A DNA stretch of 63,905 nt, filler included, from Octopus bimaculoides (taxonomy: Eukaryota): assembly GCF_001194135.2 (NCBI RefSeq). It is 7 parts of 7 records of this genome, joined end to end, with 100 filler letters (N's around TTAATTAATTAA, not from the genome) between each part and the next. Parts side by side here need not be neighbours in the genome. Positions count along the whole stretch, not along the records: positions 59,334 to 63,905 come from NC_068982.1; 6 more parts are not named here. The stretch is one strand, 5' to 3'. The notes beneath the pieces were generated by a model, which saw nothing but the letters and a program-made list of their open reading frames with translations, had not been told where the DNA came from and made no database searches. Made by a program: the position numbers and the translations under genes. How positions within the stretch are numbered: the stretch's first letter is position 1; each line of letters begins with the position of its first letter. Positions 62,629 to 63,905 of this stretch are shown piece after piece.

Positions 62629-62865
62629 CAGGGTCCGCCATAAGTAACTATATATTTTCTTTTGTTTGTAACTTTGTTGATACTTATTTAATTTTTCTAT
62701 TTCATATGTCATTTGAAAGCTGAAAACATATTTTTATTTCTGTTTTTTTTTTCTCCTATTTCAGATATACTGTTATATCAATTATGTCCACCCGATTAAC
62801 AAAAGAACAAGTATCAACAAAGCTAAAAGCAAAAGAAAATATATAGTTACTTATGGCGGACCCTG
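62629..62865 (+). mobile_element. Tc1/mariner-type MITE
   Basis: Perfect 36-bp TIR CAGGGTCCGCCATAAGTAACTATATATTTTCTTTTG, TA flanks; internal ATGTCCACCCGATTAACAAAAGAACAA (MSTRLTKEQ) looks like a transposase start. Confidence 0.92.
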
Positions 62866-62879
62866 TATATAGGATTGGA

Positions 62880-63235
62880 TGCGTGGTAAGTAGCTTGCCT
62901 ACCAATCACACGGCCCCCGGATTCAGTCCCACTGCGTGGAACCTTGGGCAAGTGTCTTCTACTATAGCGTCGGGCCGACCGAAGCCTTGTAAATAGAAGA
63001 AGCCGGTCGTATATCTACATTCACGTATATGTATGTTTGTGTATATGTTTGTGTGTCTGTGTTTGTCCCCGAACATCGCTTGAAAACCTATGCTGGTGTG
63101 TTCACGTCCCCGTTCGGTAAAACAGTCCGATAGAATAAGTACTAGGCTTACAAAGAATAAGCTCTTGGGTCGATTTGCTCGACTAAAGGCGGTGCTCCAG
63201 CATGGCCGCAGTCATATGACTGAAATAAGTAAGAT
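62880..63235 (+). mobile_element. SINE family A, near full length
   Basis: Head, core, internal microsatellite and CAGCATGGCCGCAGTC..TGACTGAAA tail. Confidence 0.85.
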
Positions 63236-63621
63236 TACACATTTAATTAAGAAGAAGAGATTCATATATCCAGTTTTATTCAGCAGTCAATCACGTCGTT
63301 TTCCATTTATGCAGCTACATATATTTCTGCTGAAACTTAGTGCACAGTAAAAACTGCATTTCAGATCCCATCTGAAGTAGATACAAGTGCAACCAAAATA
63401 TTTCAGAAACGTGGTGTTAGTACTTTAATAATAGCCTAAACTCTGACCTTTTCAAATCTGCTGGGTAGGAAAATAAGTGACTAGCTGTCCAAAAATTCCC
63501 GATTAAATAAGTACCATGCTTAAAAAATAACTACTTGGCTCGACTGTTTCTACTAAGATTTTCAAGGCAGTATCCCAGCATGGCCGCAGTATAGTGACTG
63601 AAACAGTAAAAAAATAAGGGA

Positions 63622-63654
<33 letters not shown>

Positions 63655-63664
63655 TATTTTTTTT

Positions 63665-63905
63665 TTAAAGTTTCAGCTTAGAGCTGCGGCCATGCTGATG
63701 CACCACCGTGTTGCTACACTGTTATTACAGGGAGCCTCTTACAATATGTGGCACTTGGTGAAGAATGGAGTTTGATTTAGCAACCCTCATTTGCACCTCC
63801 TGCCGCGAGGTAGGTTCATCTGGGACTCTTGAAAGGAAGAGGTCCAGCTTTGATTTAAAAACTCCTACATCTACTGTGTGCAGATTCCTCAGGCTCTTTG
63901 GAAGA
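63665..63905 (-). mobile_element. CR1-clade LINE 3' end, cut by the window edge
   Basis: LPKSLRNLHTVDVGVFKSKLDLFLSRVPDEPTSRQEVQMRVAKSNSILHQV...* (stop 63725-63727), then a short 3' UTR ending GCTGAAAC plus an A-run. Confidence 0.8.

Overview
AT-rich, microsatellite-saturated animal genomic scaffold with many N-gaps. The SINE/LINE repertoire and repeat load point to an octopod cephalopod (inference, not a database match). No rRNA, true tRNA, CRISPR or operon-like structure is visible. Nearly everything decodable is decayed transposable element: a short-LTR Mag-type Ty3/gypsy element (6528-10455), fragments of Dong/R4-like, L1/Tx1-like, RTE and CR1-like LINEs, Tc1/mariner and hAT MITEs, and several tRNA-derived SINE families. 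The one credible host coding region is a 673-codon minus-strand ORF (38934-40955) encoding a disordered protein with a recent 182-aa tandem duplication. The most unusual object is a decayed Penelope-like retroelement (11854-15933) whose reconstructed polyprotein reads: hydrophobic leader + 2A/StopGo-like motif (LLLSLGPSVEPNPGS), PLE N-terminal domain, Ulp1/C48-like cysteine protease with His-Asp-Cys intact, reverse transcriptase, GIY-YIG-type endonuclease. Also notable: two long perfect palindromes, an RTE LINE with an apparently inverted 5' half, a SINE tail shared with a CR1 3' end, and artificial 44N-TTAATTAATTAA-44N assembly spacers. All domain calls come from manual motif recognition across frameshifts; boundaries of decayed elements are approximate.
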